Shown piece by piece: positions 1 through 9,800 of a stretch of 64,000 nucleotides of DNA. The DNA comes from a virus (taxonomy: Duplodnaviria > Heunggongvirae > Uroviricota > Caudoviricetes), in IMG/VR virus record IMGVR_UViG_2571042390_000001. One strand, written 5' to 3'. Both the position numbers and the translations under genes were made by a program. Positions within the stretch are counted from its first letter, which is position 1. Each line of letters opens with the position of its first letter. The notes below the pieces were generated by a model. That model was not told the DNA's origin and ran no database searches. It saw only the letters and a program-made list of their open reading frames with translations.

Positions 1-670
1 CACTAACAGCACGTCTGAAGTGCTGGCCGCTACACCGAAAGCTGTCAAGGCTGCATATGACCTGGCTAACGGAAAACAACCGGCAGATGCCACGCTCACT
101 GCTCTGGCAGGACTTGCCACTGCAGCAGATCGGTTGCCTTATTTTACCGGAGCAGACCGCGCAGCGCTGGCAACCCTTACAGCTATTGGTCGCGCTATTA
201 TCGCTAAGGGCAGTATAAAAGATGTCCTCAATTACCTTGGTTTGGGGGAAGGCTCGGCGCTGCCCGTTGGTGTACCTGTTCCGTGGCCCACTGCCACACC
301 GCCAGCAGGCTGGTTAAAGTGCGACGGGCGCACCTTTACAAAAGAACAATATCCTGTTCTGGCCAGAGTCTACCCGACCCTCCGTCTTCCCGATTTACGC
401 GGTGAGTTTATCCGTGGATGGGACGACGGGCGAAAAGTGGATACAGGGCGCGATCTGCTTTCACGGCAGGATGGTACAAGTTTTTCTCATTACGCAGGTA
501 ATTTTGACATTGGGTCTGGTCATGCAATCAATAACTATGACCAAATCGTTGACAACCACCCTGGATTCTCCCGTTTTTCATTTGCAGGTCCTTCGCGAGG
601 CGATGGGGTTAATTTTGTGACCATTCGTCCCCGTAACATTGCGTTTAATTACATCGTAAGGGCGGCATAG
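1..670 (+). CDS. Tail-fibre protein, C-terminal part (cassette A); reading frame enters from upstream of the window
   Basis: Frame is open from position 2 to stop at 670. Contains the block PVGVPVPWPTATPPAGWLKCDG...RGEFIRGWDDGRKVDTGR shared with two other cassettes and the C-terminal motif RPRNIAFNYIVRAA. Confidence 0.7.
   Translation, partial: TNSTSEVLAATPKAVKAAYDLANGKQPADATLTALAGLATAADRLPYFTGADRAALATLTAIGRAIIAKGSIKDVLNYLGLGEGSALPVGVPVPWPTATPPAGWLKCDGRTFTKEQYPVLARVYPTLRLPDLRGEFIRGWDDGRKVDTGRDLLSRQDGTSFSHYAGNFDIGSGHAINNYDQIVDNHPGFSRFSFAGPSRGDGVNFVTIRPRNIAFNYIVRAA
227..252. other. Candidate Cin/Gin-type crossover site 1 (cix-like), inside the tail-fibre reading frame
   Basis: Reverse complement reads TTCCCCCAAACCAAGGTAATTGA, resembling the AAACC-NN-GGTTT core of Hin/Gin/Cin sites; sits at the start of the conserved cassette block. 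Confidence 0.4.
237..440 (+). repeat. Conserved cassette 5' block, copy 1 of 3 (about 200 bp)
   Basis: Near-identical DNA to 675-880 and, inverted, 2085-2290; a roughly 90-nt core (aaagaacaatatcctgttctggccagagtctacccgaccctccgtcttcccgattt...) is almost invariant. Confidence 0.8.
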
Positions 671-689
671 AAACGTTGGTTTGGGGGAA
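664..689. other. Candidate cix-like crossover site 2
   Basis: Core aaacgttggttt; reverse complement TTCCCCCAAACCAACGTTTCTATGCC; same orientation as site 1. Confidence 0.4.
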
Positions 690-880
690 GGCTCTGCATT
701 GCCTGTTGGTGTACCGGTTCCATGGCCCACCGCCACACCGCCAGCAGGCTGGTTACAGTGCAACGGAGCTACGTTCACCAAAGAACAATATCCTGTTCTG
801 GCCAGAGTCTACCCGACCCTCCGTCTTCCCGATTTGCGCGGTGAGTTTATCCGTGGATGGGACGGTGGTCGCAAGGTTGA
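675..880 (+). repeat. Conserved cassette 5' block, copy 2 of 3
   Basis: Direct repeat of 237-440. Confidence 0.8.
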
Positions 881-1142
881 TACCGGGCGTGCGCTACTTT
901 CATTTCAGGAAGGGACTATCGTATCCGGTTTTGATGATAATGATACCGGAGATATCAGTTCGCTCGGCTCTACACAATACGGATTTGGTGACGCTTTAAC
1001 CTCTAATCAACTGGGGGTCTTAAATGGCAAAAAGTGGATATTTGATGCATCCTCTAAAGGTGCACGAAGATATGACTGGTGGGCTTATGTATCAGCTCGC
1101 CCCCGCAATATCGCATTTAACTATATCGTGAGGGCGGCGTGA
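681..1142 (+). CDS. Promoterless alternative tail-fibre C-terminal cassette B
   Basis: Begins in frame inside crossover site 2 (GEGSALPVGVPVPWPTATPPAGWLQCNG...) and ends with RPRNIAFNYIVRAA; no own start context. Confidence 0.55.
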   Translation: MGEGSALPVGVPVPWPTATPPAGWLQCNGATFTKEQYPVLARVYPTLRLPDLRGEFIRGWDGGRKVDTGRALLSFQEGTIVSGFDDNDTGDISSLGSTQYGFGDALTSNQLGVLNGKKWIFDASSKGARRYDWWAYVSARPRNIAFNYIVRAA

Positions 1143-1148
1143 TACCGT

Positions 1149-1763
1149 TCAACTGGCAAGTGCCAGTGGTGCTTCCGGCCAGCTGATTTCAGGTGCCGTG
1201 CTGATATCCAGTGCGTTCAGCTCGTCGATATAATCCAGCACGGCGTTCAGTTTTGCCGTTTCTTCTGGTGTCAGACTGCGACCAGCACGCAGTTTGAGGT
1301 TGATAAGATCGACGGACGCCATCGCCTGTTTCACCCGTTGCTGGCGTTGCTGTCTGGCAACCTCCAGTTCTGCGGTTCGCTGCCGTTCAGTATCGGTTAC
1401 CCACGCCTCACCGTTCCAGGTATCCCATGGCGTGGCTGGCTGTTTTGTGGTGGTGTCCGCCGGGTAATCACCCGGTTGGGTAATCAGAACGGGGTTACCG
1501 TTCTCCGTGCTGTATACCGTCTCGCCGCGGTGATCAGGCACATGCTCCCACCCGTTCAGCGTGGCAGTCCGGCAAACCACGTAACCCGAAATTGCCTCCG
1601 GCGGTGCATCGGCGCACGAATGTGCCGGAGTACCCACCCCAAGGGCGAGATACTCCACAGAGGATGAGGTGTATTCCCGGGTTTCCTCGTCATAGTGATA
1701 TACAGTGATATCGCCCGCTACAGTGGCGATACCGTTTTCATCCAGAACTGCAGTGTTACTCAT
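1149..1763 (-). CDS. Tail fibre assembly protein (Tfa / Mu gpU-like)
   Basis: 204 aa; typical Tfa architecture with variable N-terminus and conserved C-terminal region (LNAVLDYIDELNALDISTAPEISWPE); immediately downstream of inverted cassette C. Confidence 0.8.
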   Translation of the reverse strand: MSNTAVLDENGIATVAGDITVYHYDEETREYTSSSVEYLALGVGTPAHSCADAPPEAISGYVVCRTATLNGWEHVPDHRGETVYSTENGNPVLITQPGDYPADTTTKQPATPWDTWNGEAWVTDTERQRTAELEVARQQRQQRVKQAMASVDLINLKLRAGRSLTPEETAKLNAVLDYIDELNALDISTAPEISWPEAPLALAS

Positions 1764-2245
1764 TAAACTGCCCTCACAATGTAATTAAGTGCAATGCTAC
1801 GGGGTCTGACAGTGATACCCTTCGCATACCCGCTTCTGATAGAGGTCAGAATAGTAGCCTGCATACCATTGTCTGACATTACTATGACAGGATCGCTGAA
1901 TGTTGTCCCGTCCGGCATTTTAAAGCTGCCCTCACGAAGGTCTGTAATGGAATCTTCATTGTTGAATCCCATGCCGACTATCCCCGAGGTTCCCGTAGTG
2001 TCCTGGTTATAATAATCCAGCATTGCTGTTCTTAACAGCGTTGCCCCTTGTGCGGACAGCAACTTACGTCCTGTATCAACTTTGCGCCCGTCATCCCATC
2101 CACGGATAAACTCACCGCGTAAATCGGGAAGACGGAGGGTCGGGTAGGCTCTGGCCAGAACAGGATATTGTTCTTTTGTAAAGGCGCGCCCGTCGCACTT
2201 TAACCAGCCTGCTGGCGGTGTGGCGGTGGGCCACGGAACAGGCAC
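1763..2245 (-). CDS. Alternative tail-fibre C-terminal cassette C (inverted orientation)
   Basis: Starts with the same conserved block (PVPWPTATPPAGWLKCDGRAFTKEQYPVLARAYPTLRLPDLRGEFIRGWDDGRKVDTGR) and ends RPRSIALNYIVRAV; conserved coding continues upstream through site 3. Confidence 0.6.
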   Translation of the reverse strand: MPVPWPTATPPAGWLKCDGRAFTKEQYPVLARAYPTLRLPDLRGEFIRGWDDGRKVDTGRKLLSAQGATLLRTAMLDYYNQDTTGTSGIVGMGFNNEDSITDLREGSFKMPDGTTFSDPVIVMSDNGMQATILTSIRSGYAKGITVRPRSIALNYIVRAV

Positions 2246-2290
2246 ACCAACGGGTAGCGCCGAGCCTTCTCCTAAACCAACGTTTATCTC
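2085..2290 (-). repeat. Conserved cassette 5' block, copy 3 of 3 (inverted)
   Basis: Reverse-complement copy of 237-440 and 675-880. Confidence 0.8.
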
Positions 2291-2293
2291 TCA
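2268..2293. other. Candidate cix-like crossover site 3 (inverted relative to sites 1 and 2)
   Basis: Plus strand TTCTCCTAAACCAACGTTTATCTCTC; 54 bp upstream of the invertase start codon. Confidence 0.45.
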
Positions 2294-2346
2294 AATCCTC
2301 CCCACATTATCTCAGTACTTTAACCACTCAAAAGGGAGTATTTTTA

Positions 2347-2919
2347 ATGCTGATTGGCTACATACGTGTGTCAACAAATGACCAAAACACAGATTTGCAA
2401 CGCAATGCATTAATGTGCGCAGGATGTGAACAGATTTTTGAGGACAAAATGAGCGGAACCAAGTCGGAACGACCAGGCCTGAAACGCGCTTTAAAGTGCC
2501 TTAAAAGAGGGGATACATTGGTGGTCTGGAAGCTGGATCGGTTGGGTAGAAGAATGAAACACCTCATTGCTCTCACAGAAGAGTTACGCGCAAAAGGTGT
2601 CAATTTTCGCAGTCTGACGGATTCAATCGATACCAGCACTCCGATGGGAAGGTTCTTTTTTCATATGATGGGTGCACTGGCAGAAATGGAGCGTGAACTG
2701 ATAGTTGAGCGCACGCTGGCAGGACTGGCTGCTGCGCGAGCACAAGGAAGAGTTGGAGGACGTCGCCCGAAACTGACGAAGGAGCAGCATGAGCAGATCG
2801 CAAGATTGCTCCAGAAAGGGTATGACAGAAAGCGGCTGGCAATTATCTATGATATTGGACTGTCAACGATCTACCGCTATCACCCTGTTGGGACTGTCAT
2901 AACGCAACCTGAAATGTAA
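2347..2919 (+). CDS. cin: Serine DNA invertase (Cin/Gin/Hin/Pin family)
   Basis: 190 aa starting MLIGYIRVSTNDQNTDLQRNAL with catalytic serine context and C-terminal HTH (GYDRKRLAIIYDIGLSTIYRY); RBS aagggag upstream of ATG 2347. Confidence 0.9.
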   Translation: MLIGYIRVSTNDQNTDLQRNALMCAGCEQIFEDKMSGTKSERPGLKRALKCLKRGDTLVVWKLDRLGRRMKHLIALTEELRAKGVNFRSLTDSIDTSTPMGRFFFHMMGALAEMERELIVERTLAGLAAARAQGRVGGRRPKLTKEQHEQIARLLQKGYDRKRLAIIYDIGLSTIYRYHPVGTVITQPEM

Positions 2920-3135
2920 TTCTTTTTCAAATAATGAAACGCCGCGTGGATGCCATTTATCGCACAAGATAGAGTGCATTTATCGCGCGGCGCATCATCA
3001 TTTGTTGATATGCGAATGTATCCAATAAGCATATGTCTCCCTTGTATGCTAAGGATACGATCCTAGAAGATGTCCTGTAAGGAAATAACAAACTGACTAA
3101 GTTAGTGGCGCATTAGATGTTATTTCTGGAGGGGT

Positions 3136-3462
3136 ATGTTTGCAGATTATGAAAATCTGGCTGTAGTAGTCATAACATCCCTACTAAGTGGAACCGGCGT
3201 ATTCCTTCTCGGAGTTAGAGACGGGCGCATTTCTGCGTCCCTGCTCAATCTTGCGAGTGAATTGTTTACTGCGGTAACAGCCGGGCTTGCGGGGTATGGG
3301 GTGGCGGTTAGCCAAGAATGGCCTGAAGGTATCATTTTCTGCGTTGTTCTGATTGCCAGTAACAACGGTAGTGAAATTTTACAGGGCTTGAAGTCCAGAG
3401 CTAGTTACGTCTTGAATCTCTTAAGCGTAATAGCGAATGGGGGAAAAGGTGGAGAGAAATAA
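3136..3462 (+). CDS. Holin-like membrane protein (LydA-like by size and position)
   Basis: 108 aa with three hydrophobic segments; first gene of a plus-strand operon after the invertase. Confidence 0.45.
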   Translation: MFADYENLAVVVITSLLSGTGVFLLGVRDGRISASLLNLASELFTAVTAGLAGYGVAVSQEWPEGIIFCVVLIASNNGSEILQGLKSRASYVLNLLSVIANGGKGGEK

Positions 3463-3908
3463 TGGGTAACTTTGGAAATTATTTCATTTTTATCATGGCA
3501 TTTGTTGCCATCATTGACCGTTTCATTTTTCGTCGCAAGAGTGTTGAGATTTTGAGTATTGGTGACGCTGTAGTGAAAGAATCCGCTATAGCATTTCCTG
3601 TTTCGCTACGTGTTAAGCGAAGCTGGGTCAGCAATGCTCAAATCGAATATTGGTTGCAAGACCTGAAAAATCCATCTGTGGTTATTTCAGGGAAAACGCG
3701 ACCAGTTGACGCCTCAAAACGCGGTGAGAGAGAAGAGTATTTGCTCATCGATACGAAATATCTTGAGCCAACGAAGTGGGATCTGAAAGTCACATTGACT
3801 AACGGTAACTGCCGACTGAATCCGCTTTATCGCATTTTCCCTATCAATGACTGCATAGAGCGCCAGTTTACGATCGAAAAGCGTAAAGGAGACTGGGATG
3901 TCAAATAA
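3462..3908 (+). CDS. Membrane-anchored protein (LydB/antiholin-like by position)
   Basis: 148 aa, N-terminal transmembrane segment; start overlaps upstream stop. Confidence 0.3.
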   Translation: MGNFGNYFIFIMAFVAIIDRFIFRRKSVEILSIGDAVVKESAIAFPVSLRVKRSWVSNAQIEYWLQDLKNPSVVISGKTRPVDASKRGEREEYLLIDTKYLEPTKWDLKVTLTNGNCRLNPLYRIFPINDCIERQFTIEKRKGDWDVK

Positions 3909-4518
3909 GAATAATTATGTTCTTCTTAATTATGATGAGTTAAACGAAAAGGGGCTGGCAAAACTCGTCAAAGAAATCAGCAAAGGTGGTTACAAGATAG
4001 CGAGGGTGATCCCTGCAAGTAATGGCAGGAAGAAAGATGGGATCATGACGCGCACGTTTACCCTTATTGGTATTGATGAACAGACAATGGAAGTTCAGGT
4101 TAACGATACCGGTGATATATCTGGGATCAAACTGAATGGTAAAACAGTACCGTTCAAGCCAGTAAAAACAATGTCGGCTTTGGGGCAATCTCTTGCGGCT
4201 TTATTTAATCGCGGAGCAACTTCTTTCCAGAAGTCATTAGCTCGAAAACTTGCTCGTGCAGCAAAAAATATTGATGACGGAAATAAGAAGCGGCAGGGAG
4301 TTAAATCTAACGCTCAGAAATTAGCTGAAGCGAAAGAATCACGTGATGCACTCCGTGAAGATATCGCTAATGCTAACGACAAACTGTCTAAACTCCAGAG
4401 CAAGTCAGACAAAGTAATGCAAGATACGGGTAACGTTAAAGCTGCCTTGTCTCAGGAAGTAGCTAAGACACGTGCTCTTAAAGAAGAAATCGCGCGCCTG
4501 GAGGATGAGCATGATTAA
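3898..4518 (+). CDS. Hypothetical coiled-coil protein (Hdf-like position in a dar-type operon)
   Basis: 206 aa, charged C-terminal half with heptad-like repeats. Confidence 0.5.
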   Translation: MSNKNNYVLLNYDELNEKGLAKLVKEISKGGYKIARVIPASNGRKKDGIMTRTFTLIGIDEQTMEVQVNDTGDISGIKLNGKTVPFKPVKTMSALGQSLAALFNRGATSFQKSLARKLARAAKNIDDGNKKRQGVKSNAQKLAEAKESRDALREDIANANDKLSKLQSKSDKVMQDTGNVKAALSQEVAKTRALKEEIARLEDEHD

Positions 4519-6436
4519 CAATCCTTTACGAATTAATATTCAGTCTACTTTTGCTGATACGATCCCCGGCTATGTGCCAAGTCGCTGGTCTTCAGAAGAA
4601 TTAAGCGAAGATGACCTGATTTTTGAGGCGGCGACCTTAGAAGATATTGAGCTTGCCTATATGGGCAATGAAATTCTGGTTGTGTCTGACGAAGCTATGT
4701 TTGAGTCCATAACTACAACCAGAATTCGGTTAGCTCAAACAATGCGAGCTTTCGTCCGTGCGCTGAATCGTGGCCTGAATGGTACGAATATTATGGCAGG
4801 GACTGATGAAGCCGGGACCGATGAAAATGGACGTAATTGTATTGGTGGTGCGATTATCGGTCGTGTACGTCGGGTAGCTAATATCCCTGTTTTGACCGCG
4901 CAGATACCGCTTACTGACGGGCAGAGTACAAGCATAATTTTCCACTCTCCAACAGCTGACGGGGCAAAAATAAAGAGTAACGACGAGCTTGTTGCATTTC
5001 AGTTTTTACTTAATAAGCGTAACGTAACTCACGTTGTCGCCCCGATTGGTGGGAGAGATGTTTCTTTAAGCCAGGTATGCCAGGCGCTATCTAATTTGAT
5101 TGAGCGTAACAGCGAAAAATTTAAGAAAGCAAAAGAGCGCCAGGACAAAATGAAGGCAGATATTGAGAGTTATCTCAATGAAGCAGATAAACTGGCAGAA
5201 GAACGGTCAATAATGATTGATCAGGTGGACGTTGCGCAACGTGGGCTGACTGAAAAGCGTGCTGCTCTTACGGAGATGCAAAAAAAACTTGATGCCCAGA
5301 AAGCCATCAACGAGGAATTACAAGAAAAACGCGATAAATTGTTGTCTGCTAAAGGTGAAAAAACGAAGGAACGAGCGTTTAGTGACCAGCTGCGACATGT
5401 AAAACATAATCTTGCCATTGACGGAAAAACAGTGCTGGATAATGGCGCTGAAGTTAATTATATCACGTCCGGCAGTGACAATTTCGTTACGATAGTAGCA
5501 CCTGAAGGTAAATTCAGTATTGATGCCAGTGCTGTCAAAGGAGGCAGTTTGGCAGATGCTGCAACCAAATTACTTAAAGCCTACCGAGAGCATAACGCAG
5601 ATAAATATAAAGTTGATGTGTTACCAGGCCAGCAGGAAGACCCCGAACCACCACAGACAGACCCCGAGACGAACCCAGTATCACAACCAGAGAGCCAGGA
5701 TGTAGGTAAATACCACTATGCACTTCAATCTCGCCCGGCTGGTGTTGGTGCTGTGCCGGATGGAAATAAAGCCGTGCTTGATCGTCCTGACCAGGCTGAT
5801 CAGTATTACGAATATGCTCGTCACGGTATCATTACGTATGACCGTAAACTGACAGATGAAGAAGTCAGCCAGTACGAGTTGCTCTATCTTCCTGATGAAG
5901 ATGAGCTGAAAGATTTTGCAGGCCAATTGGTTGTGTCCAGCATGTCGAAACATATTGATGGCTATGTAGACCTGTTTGGCAGTGACCTGAAAACATTCAA
6001 GGCGCAAGTGAAAATTCTTTTCCGCAAAGCGTTTCCAAACGTGGCGTATCCACTTGGTGATGGGGAGAACCTTTTCATTATGGACGTGTATAACGCCCTT
6101 CAAAATCATTCAAGCGAAGTAAAAACAGAGCATGTGGTTGAGCCGGAATCACAACCACAACCAGCACCAGAACAGGAGCCGGAGCCAGAAGAAGCTGGTG
6201 AATCAGCAAGTGAAGCTGATCAGGAGGCAGATAAAGCACTGGAGTACCTGAAATCCGTGCCGGAGCAGTTTACATCCCGCGATCTGACGGTCATCAGTGC
6301 TGAACTTGATCATGTGCAGGAAGCAGCAAACGCTCTAATCAGCGCAGGTCGATACGACGAGAACGAAGCCACTGTTGGTGCAGCAGTTGACTACCTGATC
6401 AACATTCTGGCTGAAATTCAGCAGGGAGGTGCTTAA
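4511..6436 (+). CDS. Large virion-type protein, DarA-like by size and operon position
   Basis: About 642 aa; GGAGG RBS 7 nt upstream of ATG 4511; coiled-coil core and Pro/Glu-rich linkers (EDPEPPQTDPETNPVSQPESQ, EPESQPQPAPEQEPEPEE). Confidence 0.5.
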   Translation: MINNPLRINIQSTFADTIPGYVPSRWSSEELSEDDLIFEAATLEDIELAYMGNEILVVSDEAMFESITTTRIRLAQTMRAFVRALNRGLNGTNIMAGTDEAGTDENGRNCIGGAIIGRVRRVANIPVLTAQIPLTDGQSTSIIFHSPTADGAKIKSNDELVAFQFLLNKRNVTHVVAPIGGRDVSLSQVCQALSNLIERNSEKFKKAKERQDKMKADIESYLNEADKLAEERSIMIDQVDVAQRGLTEKRAALTEMQKKLDAQKAINEELQEKRDKLLSAKGEKTKERAFSDQLRHVKHNLAIDGKTVLDNGAEVNYITSGSDNFVTIVAPEGKFSIDASAVKGGSLADAATKLLKAYREHNADKYKVDVLPGQQEDPEPPQTDPETNPVSQPESQDVGKYHYALQSRPAGVGAVPDGNKAVLDRPDQADQYYEYARHGIITYDRKLTDEEVSQYELLYLPDEDELKDFAGQLVVSSMSKHIDGYVDLFGSDLKTFKAQVKILFRKAFPNVAYPLGDGENLFIMDVYNALQNHSSEVKTEHVVEPESQPQPAPEQEPEPEEAGESASEADQEADKALEYLKSVPEQFTSRDLTVISAELDHVQEAANALISAGRYDENEATVGAAVDYLINILAEIQQGGA

Positions 6437-6804
6437 TGACCATCTCTGTTTTAGACCGCCTGAAATTAGGTAAAGAGCTATCAGATCTAATGCAGGCGCA
6501 GAAAACGGCGCCAGTATTGCAACGCGTCACCATTGGTAAGCAGATTGTTGATGTGATGCTGAAATTGGGCTTGGGGACTGCCGCGCAACCGGCAGCGGAA
6601 CCGCAACAACAGACTGATCCTGTTGTAGATGAAGTTCCTAAGATAGTGACTGACTTCCTGGGCGGTGTGTTCACAAAGTCCACACAAATGGAATTTATTG
6701 ATGCGCTGCGTGGGATCTCAAACTATGTTGGCGAGTTCCTTACGTTGGAACAGGCAAAAGAGCAGACCATAAGCTGGGTGAAAGCCAACGGTTATGCAGG
6801 GTAA
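6436..6804 (+). CDS. Hypothetical protein (DdrA-like position)
   Basis: 122 aa; ATGA start/stop overlap with upstream gene. Confidence 0.5.
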   Translation: MTISVLDRLKLGKELSDLMQAQKTAPVLQRVTIGKQIVDVMLKLGLGTAAQPAAEPQQQTDPVVDEVPKIVTDFLGGVFTKSTQMEFIDALRGISNYVGEFLTLEQAKEQTISWVKANGYAG

Positions 6805-6807
6805 TCA

Positions 6808-6833
6808 AAGGGGCTGAAATGCCCCTTTCACTT
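6808..6833 (+). terminator. Intrinsic terminator or attenuator hairpin inside the operon
   Basis: aaggggc-tgaaat-gcccctt followed by T-rich tract. Confidence 0.45.
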
Positions 6834-6897
6834 TCCTGTAAGTCCATAAATCACACACTTTTTACACTTCCTGCTTTCTATGTAAGGGGAGTGTATT

Positions 6898-9800
6898 TTG
6901 AACAAGTCAGTTACTTCCGCGCTATCCGAAGCAGCAGACATTAACAGTGTTATTGCGCTGGTTTCTTCATTAGAGAGGCGAGAAACACGCCAGGGGCGCA
7001 GTAGTTACGTAGTCACCAGTAAAGGGGCAGAGGTAAAGACGGCTTTTAAGGTCGTTGATGCCAGCAGTCTGATCATTTCGAACAACCTTGACGGTACGAT
7101 TAATCCGGCCTTCCCGGAAGAACTCCAGCCACGTGACCGTACACGGCTATCAAGCAAACTCCAGGTTAACCGTATTGCCTCCAATTTACGCCCGGCACAA
7201 TTAACGGATTCCGGCATGAGCAGCCACGGAGCGCCGATAGTTGGTCCGGACAACGTTGTTGAATCCGGCAACGGAAGGAGCATGGGTATCTGGCGTGCCT
7301 ATGAGCAAGGGCAGGCGGATGAATATCGCCAGTACCTGATCGATCATGCAAAAGAGTTTGGTCTGAATCCTGACGACATTTCACAAATGTCTATGCCCGT
7401 ATTGGTGCGAGAAAGACTCACAGATGTAGACCGCGCACAATTTGCCCGCGATTCAAACATCAGCGATCTGCAAGAGATGGCTGCAAGTGAAAAAGCGTAT
7501 GCGGATGCGCAATTTCTCACTGAGAGCGTCATGGCGCTATTTAATCCTTCAGATGATGGAAATCTACTGGCGCGGTCCAATGATGCGTTTATTCGTGCGT
7601 TTTTGCGCGAAATAGGTGATACGGCGACGGCAGGTTTGCTTACTGCCGATGGGCGTCCAACGAAACAACTTATCGACCGCATCCAGAATGCAATTTTTGC
7701 CAAAGCGTACAAGGATGAAAGGCTTGTTCGGCTGGTGGCGGAAGAGCCAGATCCGGAAATGCGTAACATTCTTACCGCATTAAATACGGCAGCCAGCGAT
7801 TTTGCGCAAATGCAGTCGCTTTCAGGTGATGTTCACCATGACACGGTAACCGGACTGGTAGACGGTATAGAGCAATTGAATGGTCTGGATAAACAGGCTA
7901 TTGCCGCGCTACAGGAAGCAATTAACCTTGTTCGTGAAGCAAAAGATAACGGTCAGGCAGTAGAAGAGGTGATCGCACAGCGTGGATTGTTTGGAGATAG
8001 CACTCCGGAAGCAGAAGCGCTTGCTCTGTTTATTGTTGCCAACAACCGAAGCGCTAAGCGAATGGGGGCAGCTTTCAAGAAACTGGCGCAAAAAATTAAC
8101 GATGAACTTATTCACCAGCAACAAGCGTTAGGCGATATGTTCGGCGGCGGAGATGTCGATCTGCGTAGCATTTTATCTGCCGTTTCTGATGAAATTGAGG
8201 CTGAGTATGGCGAAGGTAAAGGGCTTAATTTCGCCATGTTTGAATCGGTTTCAGGAGAGGTCGAACCATACATTTCAAAGCTAATTGCTGATGCGACCAG
8301 CGTGGAGGACTTGATCCGAATCGTGAAGGTGTCAGAAAAAATTAAGGAGTCCGCAAAAAAAATAAAGCGCAATGTATTTTTGGAACTTGGTTTTTATATT
8401 CGCAATGTCACCGTTAATGAGATTAAGGAGTGGGCTAAACGTTATGGATACAGCGACGCTGTGTTAACAACGATGTTATTGTCTTATCAACGCAGCAATT
8501 TTTATGCTAACGCACTGCGTGACGCGATTGAAAAAGGAGATGAAGCTCCTTCGCTCGCAGATGAAAGAAATATTGATTGTGATATTGAAACGTTTTGCAA
8601 CATATCAGAAGAAGGCGTGCCCGCTGAACAATTTATACGTGTTTTACATAATGCAGCAAAACATATTCCTGATGACTTTAGTATTGATGAATTGCGCAAT
8701 GGTTGTCTTGTTTGGTTAGGTAACTATTTAAAATCTCCAGCGTCTATTGCAGAGAAAACAGCTTTAAGATTTAGAAAGGAAATGAATAAAGCTGGAAGCG
8801 CAGAAGAGATGGTGTGCATAATCCAAAATACTTTGAAGTTATTCAAAAAGAGCTTGCATAATATCGACGATATTATGGCGGCTGGTAGGAAAATAACAGC
8901 CAGTGTCGGAGTTAGCTCTGAACTAACGGCAGAGGAGATCGCTGATGCGTATATTGAGACACTTGTCAGGCTTAAGGAGATAGTGGAATTAGCAGAGCAT
9001 TCCTCATATTACGGAATCAAGGAGCGTGTTGACTTTACTATAGAACAAATCAATAAAGTTAGGTCAAATAAGGAAAAACTCACTGACTACCTTGCTGAGG
9101 TTTTGCACCAGAATGATCATGGGATTGGATATGATCTGAAAAAAATGCTTGTTTTTAATCTGGACATACCGGAAGACTTGCAAGCAGAACTATATGAAAT
9201 AGCTTCATTAACACGTGGACAAAAAGCCTATCCTAATGCGCTTGAAAATGTAGTACATAAAAAAGTCAGAGCCGCATTTGACATGATTCTTGAATCGTCA
9301 AATGTGTCACATGACCAGTCTAAGGAATGGAGTCGTGGGATTGCTATTTCTGATGAAGCAGAGCAGTTAAGTGGTCACGATAATGAAACTTTCTCCCGTA
9401 AAGCATACAGTATTCGCGAGACGATTGAAAAAGCCTATATTATTTCAGGAGGGACTTTATCTACATTAAAAAATATTAACCACAAGAACAATGTTCGTGC
9501 TTTTGCAAGTCGAAATGGGAATATAACAATTGATGCTAATAGTGATCACGAGCGTGTATTATGGCATGAAATAGGTCACCATATAGAACATTCAAATCCC
9601 CATCTATTGGAGAGGGCCAAAGCCTTCATTAAATCAAAAACTAACGGTAAAGTTTCTTATCATAATATTGGTAGCCGTGGCAGTGCTGAGTATTTGGTGC
9701 GAACCGACCTAAGTCATGGATATATGTCTAAAATTTATATGGAAAATACGGTAAGTTCTGTCAGCGGCAGATTTATATCAAAGCCACCTGCATTAAGCAA

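Noticed and set aside
5681-6109. 142-aa minus-strand ORF inside the DarA-like gene
   Set aside because: Antisense to a well-supported gene; no start context.
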